Source: the human T2T-CHM13v2.0 reference genome, Homo sapiens
Length of the DNA: 64,000 nucleotides
Assembly (NCBI RefSeq): GCF_009914755.1
Contig: NC_060933.1
Reading direction: 5' to 3' (one strand)
Part shown: piece by piece, positions 12,288 to 26,318 of the stretch
Position numbering within the stretch: the first letter of the stretch is position 1
Layout of the letters: every line of letters starts with the position of its first letter
Made by a program: the position numbers and the translations under genes
Notes under the pieces: model-generated
What the model saw: the letters and a program-made list of their open reading frames with translations, nothing else
Told to the model about the DNA's origin: nothing
The model's database searches: none

Positions 12288-14071
12288 AGTAGCTCTTAAG
12301 TGTTCTTACCACACACACAAAAAATGGTAACTATGTGAGGTAACAGTATGTCAGTTAACTTGATTGTAGTCATCATTTTGCAATGCATACATATGTCAAA
12401 TAATCATGTTATACACCTTCAATGCATACAATTTTTGTTGATGAATTGTACCTCAATGAAACTTGAAAAAATATTTTAATAAAGTAAAATAAAATTTGCA
12501 TTTCTGATTTTATGAACCTGTCTTTTACCCTAGGAAGGCCAGGTCAAGGTTGGGGAAGGGAGGAAAGAATGATCTCTTTTTCTTAGTCATCCATATAATT
12601 TCTTTATGTTGAAAATGTCTTCCTAATGCTTACTTTTGTTTTACTTATAATCTCTTAAAATGGAAAGATTTTAATGTAATCAAATATTTAGTATTTTCCT
12701 TTATAATATCTGCATAAAAGGCAAAAGAAGGGAGGAAATATGAAAATGAATGAGATTCAAGTTTAATAGAATTTGGCAAAAATAGCACCTTTTTCTTTTT
12801 AAATGATATTTGCTCTAGCATATGTGTATATTTGCTTATGTTTGTAGCTGATACCAGTTCTTGAGGTAAAGAAATTATTTCAGGTCTTGCCTATGATGGG
12901 TATCTTTGTAAGATCACTCTAAGTCCAGTGGAAGTTTTCTCAATTATGCAGGTGTAATATCTCCACAGTCATCTCATTTCAGGAGAATAAGGCTTAAACA
13001 CACATGACTCATGCCACTCAAATGCCAGTAAGACCGCTAACCAAATATTCATTTAAAATTGGAAGCAAGTTCATAAAGCAATCAGTTAGTCAGCTGAACA
13101 AAGCGTCCCCTCCATAAAGAACAGAGTCATGAATGAGTGTAAGAAGTTACTTAGATAATATAGAACCAGAGAAAAAGGAGTTGGGAATGGCACTATCCTA
13201 ATACCTGTCTTTGAATTATTGACTGAGACACAGTCTTTATTTAATAGGGCCTAAATGGACTATTATGATTTGATTGCTATGACTGTGAGTAAACAAACAA
13301 TTGTCCTTTTCTTATCATCACATTTATGACTTGTAGCATTGTTTTTATCAGTATATATTTGGAATATTTGATGAGCATCTTTTGGCCTTTTTTGAAGACA
13401 TCCAAGTCAAATGTAGGATTCCAATTCTTCTTGAGTTAAATAAACTGACTTGTTAGTCTTGTTACTTGGGGGGTTTCCCACACATTGAGTGTCATGTTAA
13501 GCAAAATTTACTCCTAAAAGACAATTTAATGGGGTTGATGAGTAGGATACACAGGTGTGCAAAAATTGCAAAACTAATTGAAGATAATGAATGCTCCACT
13601 GCTCTGCCCTGGAGCCACAGAACAGCAGGTAACATGTCTTAGCTTTTTCTTTATTCTGTTTTTCAACATCTTCTTTGCCAATTGAGAAATCTGTTTATTT
13701 TCGGTACATTTAGAGTTTGGCAGTTTAAAATTTTCTGTTATTTATTTCCAAACCATCTGAAAATTTGTCAGTTTTTGTTTAACCTGTTAAAAATATTGAG
13801 TTGCATTTGTAGCTTTATACAAAGTAGTCGCTGGTTTCCAATATAGTTAAGGTTTGTAGATAAACACCAGTCCTAAGTAGAAATATTTCTATACCTCCAG
13901 CCAATAGGTAGACATGTGCATTATCAGATCTGATCATACTGGGTGATCAATGGAGATTAAATGTTTCCAATTTCATTACATGCATCTGATTAATTATCTG
14001 AGTACCAATTAGGCAAGCATTATTCTTTGCAATTCTAGAAAGAGACAAAATATGTGTTCCAAAGGTGGCTG

Positions 14072-14363
<292 letters not shown>

Positions 14364-15029
14364 AAAATGGCTTTTTGAAAAGCTCTTTGAAAAGATGACA
14401 TCCACATGTGAAAAGGTAAACATTAGGAAAGTTAAACAGCCTATAAAAAACAGTGAAATAGGTGTTTCCAGGAATTATACGTTAATATAATACATAGAAT
14501 AAATGCTGGGTTCAAATTAGTTTAGGGAAAAGGTCAATAAGCAAACTTGGTCAGAGATTGTTCCATTTCTGGTCGGACTTGAAGGATGGATAGAATTTGG
14601 GAAGAACAGAAGATAAGGGTGAAACTGTGGTTGGTTGGAGATACTAAATTGTGTGAACAGAAATGTTCTATTATTAGGTTAATGGCATGTTTGAACACTT
14701 CTTTTGTGTTCATGGGAACTGTTTTAATAACGTTATAACAAAGCATATTCTATTGTTCAGAGTTTTGCTTTATGGACTTAACTGAGATTTCTCAGAAGCA
14801 TGCTGTATGCTTGTTTTCCATTTTTACTAGCACTGGTACATAACCTGATACATAAAAGTCATTTACCAAATCTTAGATGAATGAAATGAGGCAAAAATAA
14901 ATTCTGATAGATTTTTCTTTAATTCCTGGAGGTTACATTTTCAGTGAGAAAGGCAAGGGATACCTGAATATTCTCTGGTTTAAAGTGATATTCTATTGGC
15001 TTTCCTCTAAAAAGGAGATGAATTGAAAA

Positions 15030-16018
<989 letters not shown>

Positions 16019-16084
16019 AAATTCAAATCACAAAAACTAAAAAATAATCCTATGTTAAAGTTAAATAGGATTATTTTTATGTAT

Positions 16085-16980
16085 TAATGTATTCACTCAA
16101 TAAATATTTATTGGATACTTAGTACACACTGGATACTACTGTTCTGGGGAAGATGATATAGTGATTAACAAAGTTAATAAAACTTCTGTCCTCATGGAGC
16201 TTACATTCTGGTAGAGGGAAACAAACTAATTTGTTAAAAAAGTAAAAATTATTATATGAACTGTAGTTTGTAGAAATTGACCAAATTGTTCGCTTCTTTC
16301 TGTATCCCCACCTTGGCTGTGTCATGTCACCATGCCTGAATTCTGATTCTGCATTTGGCCATGCCACCTGCTTTAGCCAATGGGGCACCTTGCTAGTTTG
16401 CTGATGGTTGAGAGGCACATGCCACAGAGGCAAGACTCCCACCTCACTGGGCCCCACCTAGATTAGCCAGCAGCCAGGGGAGCCACAGACCTGGAAACGA
16501 GCCTAGCCCACATCAGTGGAGCTGCCTAGAGACCCACAGTTGGCCACAGACACAGGACAGATCAGACAAGCACTGCACACTTGGAGCTAAATAAACGTTT
16601 ACTGTTGCACACCATGGGATTTGAGGTTCTGTGTGAATGCAGCATTTTTGCAGCAATGGTGATAATTGTGTTTGAGAAAAATAAAACTGCAAATGTCAAC
16701 AGGGAGAGCAGGGAGGGGGTCGTTTGCAAGTTTATGTAAGGTAATCAGGGAACGTCTCCCTGAGAAGATGACACTTGAGAAAAGACTTCAGGAGGTGGGA
16801 GAGGGACCTATGTCTCTATCCAGGACGGAAGGGGGAGTGCTTCAAGCTGAGAAAAGAACATGTCCGAAGAGAGAGCCTCCTATGTCTGAGGATCCCAAGA
16901 AAGTCAGTGTGACCGGAGCAGTGGCGAAGAGATGAAGGAGATGAGGTCAGTAAAACCAAGGGAACAGAACAGACCCAAAT
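16085..16980 (-). mobile_element. L2 fragment interrupted by an MLT1-like LTR (~16260-16665)
   Basis: ATTCACTCAATAAATATTTATTG..CCTCATGGAGCTTACATTCTGG; continues with TCAGGGAACGTCTCCCTGAGAAGATGACACTTGAG after the LTR. Confidence 0.6.
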
Positions 16981-19029
16981 TCTGTGGCTCTCCAGGAATT
17001 CTCAAAGCTGTGTTATGCTTACACGCCTTGTGAATTCTAGAATGGGCATTTGGAGTTCTGCAATTCCTCACATGTACTTGATAATCCAACCCTTTTTTAT
17101 ACAGAGCATCTCAAAGCAAGAGAGCCTGCAGAACCCTCCTGTGGGAGGGCTAATTTATTGACATGCAGATAAATGTGTTGCCTTAATCTTAAGGTCCCAG
17201 GCTAGGCCCAGATAGAAATGTCTGAGACAGGTTGAAGCTAGCACCCTGAGTATGTTCCAGAGGATCCAGGCTCTCAGGTGGAGCCAAGTCAGCTTCAAAT
17301 CACACCCCTCCAGCTACGTGACTTGACATGCAGCACATATACTGGATTTTATCATTAGAAAAGTTTCACATGTGGCATATTACGTCAGCACATGAATGTT
17401 CCAAATGAAATAAAATTCTACCAGGGGAAAAAATTAGATAGTGTGTTAAAATACACGGAAGTTATAAATCACTAAAACATCCAGGCTTTCCATTAACAAA
17501 GAAAAAAAAAAAAGCCAGGGTAGATTCTCCAGATGGTCTCAATCCACATCATTTGGGTGGAAACCAAATGCTTCAACCTGTCTCGGCAAAGAACATCTCG
17601 TTTCGAAATAAAAGTAAGAAATGGAATGCCTATGGTGATTTTGAAGATGGATTAATGTTTAAGTGACTTACATTAAAATGCACATGGCTATCGATTTCCT
17701 ACAGGACGTATCATCTCAACCCAAAGCCCTTACGCTGGAGAGGTTCTGCTGTCTGTGTCGAATTTAAGACAAATGTATACATGACACAAGCATTTTCATT
17801 CATAGTCTATTATTTTATTCTAAACTCCCCTCTTTTCCTAACTCCTTCATTATACCTTTTCACCCCCACTCCTGGCAATTATAGCTACTTCTTTTAAAGC
17901 AATAAAGGATTTTAAAGGGGAGAATGTATAGCATCTCCACCAAGTACAATCCACAATGTGTATTTTATTTGAGTTGTTAAAGTTCTTGGCCATCAGAGAT
18001 ACTACTGAGTATATTATGGCTTCCGTATTTTCCATCTGTCTTATTTACATATTGACATAAAATGGCATGTGTAGAAACACCTTGAAATAATGTAAATTAA
18101 GCATTTTGCAAAGGAACATGTCCCTTAAACAGCATAGTACATACATTTTTTAAAGTTTCCATGTAAGTAGGAAATATCTTTCTGCAAACTGAGAAGAGGC
18201 AAATTTTCCTTTGCTCCCTTGAAAGGTCTGTATTTCCTCTGTTCATGACTGATCAGACTCTTCTAATTCCTTTTCAAAACTGTAGGCCCAAAGGAGACTT
18301 TTCCCCCAATTTCTGATCCACATAGCTTACAGGGGAGACTTAGAAAATATCTGTAATATCCAGGAAATGGTGTGTATGAGACAGCCAGAAGCAAGTCTCT
18401 GAGATTCTCCTGCTATGCAACCTACTATCTACCTCCTTCCAGAAATGTCTGGGTTATTCCTCCTATTGGAATGGAGACTCCACATGTAAGCATCACGCTG
18501 CATCCTTAGAGGTAGTAGAGGGGGAATATCTATTGTTTACCTACCTTAAGAGAAGCCCTCTCTACTAGATCCTCAAAAATATCAAAGTATGGCACCATTC
18601 CTGGCCACAAGACAGATACATTATAGTTGGGTAAATAAGGTAGCATTTCTATTTTAAAAAAATATTAATTATTCAAAATAAATTGAGTTCAGATACTAAT
18701 ACTATATTAATAGAAGTGCAATAGAATAAGAACTTACTCTGGGATGAGTCAGGCCATCCGGGTAAACTTCAGAGGGGTAGAGACTTTGATTTCACAGCTT
18801 TGATAACACAGCTTTGAGAATTCCTTGTAACATAAGCCCTGCACTCAGGCAGGTTGAGAGACGTGGAGGTGGCTGCAAGCAAGGCTTTTGGTGGGTACAT
18901 CTATTCCTTAAAACAAATAAATAAATAAAAATAAAATATATTTAGTGAATCGGATACTATCATAGGTGGAGAGACAGTAAAAAAAAAAAAGCAAGATAGA
19001 ATGTCAGGTCCTTTAGATTTAATATTATA

Positions 19030-20350
19030 GAGTAAAAAAGCAACAAACATGTAATGGGAAAAAAAATCATCACATCAAATTGTGATAAGCATTATAGGAA
19101 AATAAAACAGGATGACGGCACAGGGAGGAATAGCCACTTCAACCAAGATGGTGAGGGAAGACCTTTTTAATGAGCTGGCATCAGAAAGCTCATCAGAAAT
19201 TGACCTGGGACAATGGCTGGGCAGAGAATGTGCAGGGCAGGATTTCCTCAAGTCTAGGTTGTAGAACTCTGGCATCCTGGGACATGTCTAAAAGTGATAA
19301 GAAAAAAAGAACCTTTTCCATAAATTTCCCATGTGGAGATTCATAATACACATTAGCAAATTAGAGATGCTTGAAAGTCCACAGTAAGGAGAACCTATTC
19401 AACTCAATGCTTCTCTGACGTGCCTGAACATGATGGTTGTTTTTTGGGGTTAGTTGTATATGTCTGTGTTGGGAGTCATTGGGGAGGAGAGGCCAGTTGT
19501 ACTCTAATAATATCTCTACTACTGGTTTGCAAAATGCTGTCCATGGCAAACTAAGAAGTTTGAAGACTCCAATAGAATAAAACCTGAATGGAGCCTCCTG
19601 TAGTTGTGCAACATGTTGGCCTGTTTAGAGTTTGATCTATAATAAATAAGAGGCCATTTTAATTTTCGTACAGGAAACATACAGGGTAAAAGTGTCTGTT
19701 TTGATAGTGTTACCCTGACAGTGATAATGCTGAGTAAAGTTAATGAAGGAAAGAAAACACAGAGTAGTTGGGAAAGTATTGCTCTAGCCTAGGCAAGAAT
19801 GCTTGAACCTCAACAACAGCAAAGGAAATGAACAGCCAAGGGAAGATATGAAAGATTACTAAAGAAGAATTTGCCAAACAAGAGAAATTGCCAGATATCT
19901 GGAACATGGGAAAGATACTAAATATTGAGTTGGAAGCAGTGGGTTGGTATTAAGGTGATAAATCAGAAATAACAACAAAAAAGTAAATAACATTATAACA
20001 AGCAAACTGAGGACAGGCAAGGACAGCGGATGAAATGGCAATAAGGATTGAAACAAAATTTTGGTTATGATATGAATAGCCTAGAGTGAAAACTTTAGGA
20101 GTTTATTACTCATTTTATAAGGAAGCTACTAAAGCTTTCTTAGTAGGGCATGGGAAGATTAGCAGTATATTTTTGTAAGCTTTGTTGGGTACCAGTGTAG
20201 TTTAGAATTAACTGGAGAAGGGAGACAGTGGAGCAGTGTCTAAGAGACAACAGTGGGAAAAGGAAAGAGGAGAGACTCAAGCTGTTTCACTGCTAGAATA
20301 TGGCAACAGGCAGGGCCAAGTTTATAGCAAGCACTCACAGGTGAAGAAAA
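19030..20350 (-). mobile_element. Scattered L2 fragments
   Basis: GGTGAGGGAAGACCTTTTTAATGAGCTGGCATC and similar L2 body motifs; boundaries uncertain. Confidence 0.4.
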
Positions 20351-20360
20351 GTCAAGCATG

Positions 20361-20477
20361 GGCCGGGCGCGGAGGCTCACGCCTGTAATCCCAGCACTTT
20401 GGAGGGCCGAGGCGGGCGGATCACGAGGTCAGGAGATCGTGACCATCCTGGCTAACACGGTGGAAAGCCCATCTCTA

Positions 20478-20513
<36 letters not shown>

Positions 20514-20630
20514 AGCTGGGCGTGGTCGTGGGCGCCTATAGTCCCAGCTACTCGGGAGGCTGCACTCCAGCCTGGGCGACAGATACTCCGTCTCAAAAAA
20601 AACAAAACAAAAACAAAAACAAAAACAAAA
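20361..20630 (+). mobile_element. AluY with A31 central linker and ~62-bp right-arm deletion
   Basis: AluY diagnostics GATCACGAGGTCAGGAGATC..CCATCCTGGCTAACACGG; TSD AAAA(G/A)TCAAGCATG (20347-20360 / 20627-20640). Confidence 0.92.
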
Positions 20631-20949
20631 ATCAAGCATGATAATATTGTTATCAAAATATCAGAATGGAAAGAGGGGGAAGGCAGTCAAAGTTAAGGGT
20701 GGAGGCAGCAGGTGAATCAGAACAGATTCTCAGTTCCATCTGGAACAAGTTAAGTTTGAGTAGCTGGTGGGTTAATCAGGAAGACACATTCTGCAGACAG
20801 CCAAAGCTGAAGGGAGATGAAGATTGTAGAGACAATTAGGTTATCACTGAGGTTAAAAGTACCAAACAAGACTGTCCTGCCTCCACGACTTACTCTCTGT
20901 GTGACTCTGTGAAAGTTACTTATCTTTTCTGTGACTCAGTTTTCTCTCT

Positions 20950-21248
20950 CTCTTTTTTTTTTTTTTGAGTTGGAGTCTCACACTGTTGCCCAGGCTGGAG
21001 TGGAGTGGTGCAATCTCGGCTCACTGCAACCTCTGCCTCCCAGGTTCAAGCCAGTCTCCTTGCCTCAGCCTCCCAAGTAGCTGGGATTACAGGTTCCCAC
21101 CACCACGCTCCGCTAATTTTTGTATTTTTATTAGAGTCAGGGTTTCACTATGTTGGCCAGGCTGGTCTTGAACTCCTCACCTCAGGCAATCCTCCCACCT
21201 CAGCCTCCCAAAGTGCTGGGATTACAGGCATGAGCCACCGTGCCTGGC
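20950..21248 (-). mobile_element. Alu (AluS-type), adjacent to a MIR (~20860-20945)
   Basis: Antisense dimeric Alu with a poly-T head. Confidence 0.9.
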
Positions 21249-21599
21249 AGAAAATAACATTTTAATTTTGTCATCATGTTTACATAAGTTCCAATTTTTT
21301 TTAGGTCATGTAAATATAGAGCAATTTAGGCAGAGAATAATTTCAATTATTGACCACAAGAATTGTTTGTTTGTTTGTTTTAAAGAAAGATTTTTTTCTT
21401 TTCTCTCAAAATGGTACTGTGACCATAAAGACATTTTCCTATAAATTCATAAAGAAAATAAAGATAGTTTGGTGCTTAACACTCGAGACACCTGGAGGTA
21501 AAATAAATAGTTGCCAAGGATTGTATTTACAATTATATTTTATATGAAGTAACACATGGTCTTATTAGCTTCAGTTTAATATAATTCTCCCTGCAAATG

Positions 21600-22170
21600 T
21601 CAGTGGAAGTGAAAAGAATCTTCCAAAGAAGCTGAACCGGAAGCCGATATGCTTACAAGCATGGGCGTTGGGTTGTGTTTTGATTTGGTAGGGAAAGTAA
21701 TGGAAAACTCTGGGCTTCCTAGGTCCCTCTTCCTTGACGTATAGGCCACAGTGATTTGGCAAAAGCAGAACTGAAGCAGAACTTTCTGAATTTTTTCAGC
21801 GGTAGTATATGACCCCATTATACACACCAACTGTGTGGGCTGAGCACGTGTGAGCAATGGAAGTGAACAACCTAACACAAGATGAGACAAGGATGATTTA
21901 GTGAAGAGTCGCAACGCCTTGAGAACATAGCCATAAAGCAGGTTTATTTTCCCAATCATTGTTAACAAATATGCTCTGCTCATTAAGATCACATTTTTTT
22001 TTCAAGCTTGTTAGCTCATCTGATCATATAAATTTTCACTTGTTTTATGTCATTAGAGGAGTTCCTTTTTCCCGCTCCGGCGCCTCATTGTTGGAGCAGG
22101 GCCATCTCCACATGGGACTTCAGGGAGGGAGGCTGCCGCTCTCCCTGAACGCTGCGATCGCTGAGGCCTA
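21600..22170. promoter_or_regulatory. Candidate enhancer/promoter-like unique block
   Basis: Non-repeat sequence with retained CpGs and motifs ACCGGAAG (ETS, 21636), TGACGT (CRE-like, 21735), CACGTG (21845), GCCATAAA (21930), CATTGTT x2 (21957, 22086), TTTCCCGC (E2F, 22068). Function is inferred only. Confidence 0.35.
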
Positions 22171-22171
22171 G

Positions 22172-22551
<380 letters not shown>

Positions 22552-23016
22552 CTAATATTTATTATATGCATGACCCTGAAGTGGCCAGGAAAAGCTGAGA
22601 CTGGGAGGTAAACCAGACAAATGAAACTATAACAGGGCCAGGATTAGAAATCTCCTCCCAAATTCCCACTTCATGGCTCAACTACTAACTAAAACCCTGG
22701 TGCTCCTCTGAGCAATAGGAAGTTAAGTAAATTTTCCAAAGCCATTAAGAAAGCTATGCTTGTTTAAACTCTCAGTGTAACCTGAAATAGTTTGAAACAA
22801 CTGTTTAGAAAAAGTGGGGAATAAACGCTATAGATGGAAAGTAGGAAATAATAACATAGATAAACAGGCAATAAACAAGAAAATGGCTTTTGTATCAAAG
22901 ACAGACAGAAAACATTTTTTTCTTGATGGTTCACTTTCCACACATGGAAGTTAAGCTTAACAAAAGAAGAACTGTTTTCTGTCTTTCCCATCTTTATCTG
23001 TATCCCTCGGCACCAA

Positions 23017-23258
23017 CAGTAGTACCTACCACACAACTGGCTCTCAATAAATAATTTGAATCAATGAATCAATTGATAATTTTGGCCAGATTTTTAAATA
23101 GATTATGGACAAAATTGATACGAGTAATAGTGATACAGCGGTAGTACCTGGCACATAATTGGCTCTCAATAAATAATTTGAATCAATCAACCAATTAATA
23201 ATTTTAGCCAGATTTTAAAGAGGTTATGGACAAGTGATACAAGTAATAGGATCAACAC
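23017..23258 (+). repeat. Tandem duplication, ~122-bp unit x2, containing an L2 3' end
   Basis: GTAGTACCT..TGGCTCTCAATAAATAATTTGAATCAAT..GCCAGATTTT..TTATGGACAA..GTAATAG occurs at 23017 and 23139. Confidence 0.9.
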
Positions 23259-23574
23259 AGGTTTTCAATACAATAATTAGATTATAGCACTGAACGTCTC
23301 TGTCAAATATTAAATGCTCTCATTTAGCTTCCAGATGTTCTTTTCATTCCTGCATTAGAATATTTATCAGACTGCTGTAGCCATTTGTTCACATGTCTGT
23401 CTGCCCCACTAGACCACCACGCCTGCCTTTCTCCTGCTTGTATGTGTCTGGCACATAGCGTTCAATAAATATTTGATGAGTGAAGGAACAAATAATAGGT
23501 ACCTGGAGAGCAAACATTCCAGATGCGTTACTAATTGAGATGTCAGAAATCCTTCAACTTTTCGATGAAAAAAC

Positions 23575-23830
23575 AACCGTAGGGTAATATGCTTCTCAAG
23601 GTTTCTCAGGCCCGATGAACGATTTTGGTTTATTTTTCCATTCCTCAAATGCAGTGGCGGGGAAAAACGCGTTTCTTCCGCTGAAGTTACAGAGATGAGC
23701 ACATGATGGCGCTCGCGCTGCACCGTAAACCCAGAAGCAGCTGAGCAGTGTGGATCCCTGGGCTCCTCCACGTCCCTCCCTCTCCTCTTCTGCCCCCATT
23801 CTTCTGCTGTTTCCCCTCCGATCCTCCCTC
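23575..23830. promoter_or_regulatory. Small CpG-rich unique patch, candidate regulatory site
   Basis: About a dozen CpGs in ~250 bp of otherwise CpG-poor DNA; AAACGCGTTT palindrome (23665-23674), GATGGCGC core (23705-23712). Confidence 0.35.
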
Positions 23831-24320
23831 CTACCCATCCATTCAAGCTCCATACATATTAACAGTTGCCAAGAAGCTGTCAGAACGGAACTGGGGTACT
23901 GTCCACCTGAAGCTGGTATTTTCTTTGTTCTGTGACAGGCCAAATTCTGTGTACTCCTTTTTTTTTTTTTTTAGAAGAACATTTTGAATGCTGTTTAAAT
24001 TGTGTATCTGTAGTTCAGGATAGTTATTTTTACTTTGCCCTTCATTGGCCCCTGCAAGTACCTATTCTTCCTAAGCAAAATAACCAAGAGAGCAAATGGT
24101 GTCCTAAGTCATTATAATCCCCTCAGCTAGGGAAATTGAAACCTAAGCCTTTGCCAACATATACAGAAGAAGTAGACAGTTACAGACGATTGCTACGTTC
24201 AGTGCAGATTGGAAAAGTTGGAGAACAAAAATAAGTTACATGATAATCACTTACCTGTTAAGAATTAAAAGTGAGTTTAGAAAGTAGATAACTAATGCAG
24301 TTTTAAAAAATGGAAAGAGT

Positions 24321-24498
24321 AGCCCGGCATGGTGGCTTGTGCCTGTAGTCCCAGCTGCTACAGAGTCTGAGCAGGGAGGATCACTTGAGCCCAGGAGGTC
24401 GAGGCTGCCGTGAGACATGATCACGCTACTGCACTTTAGCCTGGGTGGATGACAGAGAGACCCTATCTCAAAAAAAAAAAAAAAAAGAAAGAAAGAAA
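24321..24498 (+). mobile_element. Alu right monomer (FRAM/AluJ-like)
   Basis: GCCTGTAGTCCCAGCT..GAGCCCAGGAGGTCGAGGCTGC..A-tail with (GAAA)n. Confidence 0.85.
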
Positions 24499-25167
24499 GG
24501 GAATGGGGATAGAAGTTTTTAATTCAGTCTTTAAAGTGGGGTTTTCTTTTCTTTTTGATTGAGGCAAGCATTATATACGAGGGCATGCTCCAAGGTTTAT
24601 GTTTTGTTATAATTTACATTTAATAAAGTGTATTCATTTAAGGAAATAATCCAGTGAGTTTTGACAAATGTGTATACACTAATGTAAAACACTGCCACAA
24701 TCAAGACGCATGACTTTTCCAATGCGTGAGAATGTTTCCTCATGATCTCTCAGGCCAGTCCCTGCCCTCACTGGTTTCTATTACCTGAGAACACTTCTAC
24801 CTGACTTTGACCTTCATGTAAATGGACTCACACAGTATACATGCGTTTTTTGTGTCTGGCTTCTTTTGCCCAATATATTTTTGATGTTCATCCACACTGT
24901 AGAGTGCATTTGTACTTTATTCTTTTATTGCTGAATAGTGTTCAACTATATGAACATAATTTTTTATTCATTTTCTTCGTAAATCCTTAAAATGTTTCCA
25001 GTTTTGACTACTATCACTAAAGCTTCCATAAACATTCTTATATATGTATTTGTGTGGATATATGCTTTCTTTTATTTAGGTGAATACCTAAGAGTGGAAT
25101 TGCTGGGTCATAGGGAAGTTGTAGGTGTTTAATATTACAAGACACTGCCAACATTTTTCAAAGTGGT

Positions 25168-25634
25168 GGTGTTCCTTTCCTAGGAATTCCATAACAAAAT
25201 ACCAAAAACTGGGTGGATCAGAACAAGAGAAATTTATTCTCTGAGTTCAGGAGTCCAGGAGTCCAGTATCAAGGTGTTCTCAGAGCCACACTCCCTCTGA
25301 CAGCTCTAGGAAAGAATCCTTCCTTGCCCCTTCCAACTTCTGGTGGTTGCTGGCAACCCTTGGCATTCCTTAGTTTGTGGCAGCATAATTTCAATCTCTG
25401 CCTCAAGCTCATCTGTCTTCACTTGGCCTCTTCCCTGTATGTCTCCTCTGTGTCTCTGTGTATCAATTTCCATCCTCTAATAAGGACACCAGTCATTTGA
25501 TTTAGGACCCATTCTAAACCAGCATGACCTCATTATAACTTGATTACACCTGTAAATATCCCATTTTCAAATAAGGTCACATTCTGAGGTTCCAGTTAGA
25601 CATGAAGTTGGGGGACACTATTCAACCCCATACA
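25168..25634 (-). mobile_element. ERVL-MaLR solo LTR, MLT1B/C-like
   Basis: MLT1 body; perfect TSD GTGGT (25163-25167 / 25635-25639). Confidence 0.85.
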
Positions 25635-25910
25635 GTGGTTGAACAGTTTTACAATTTCCACCACATGTATGAGAATTCCAGTTTCTTCACATCCTCAGCA
25701 GTGCTGGATATTGTCATTGTCAATTCTAAAATTTTAGCCATTGTTGTGTGTGTGTAGTGGTACCTCATCTGGGCTTCAAATTTCAATTCCCAGATAACAA
25801 TTGATGTTGAGCTTCTTTTCATGAACTTGGCCATTTAGGGATCTTCCTTTAGAAAAGTATCTGTCTTTTGCTCATTTAAAAATTAGGCTATTTTTCTTCT
25901 TTTAAATTGA

Positions 25911-26318
<408 letters not shown>

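Larger units (their letters stand above)
10245..12495 (+). mobile_element. L1MA/L1MB 3' end split by the SSB pseudogene (10245-10715 and 12288-12495)
   Basis: CCCATGTTCATTGCAGCATT..CTAAGTGAAATAAGCCAGACACAGAAAGA.. up to TAAGAGAATAGAC; resumes TAGCTCTTAAGTGTTCTTACCACACAC..GGTAACTATGTGAGG..A-rich end. Confidence 0.85.

Noticed and set aside
21600-21992. 130-aa minus-strand ORF in unique DNA
   Set aside because: Starts at GTG, no recognisable domain, no supporting exon structure; length is compatible with chance.
23017-23258. Repeat-spacer appearance suggesting a CRISPR-like array
   Set aside because: Only two long units with no unique spacers, in eukaryotic DNA; a simple tandem duplication.
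23409-23943. Overlapping 145-aa and 115-aa minus-strand ORFs
   Set aside because: No homology recognised; they run into an L2 fragment and purine-rich low-complexity sequence.
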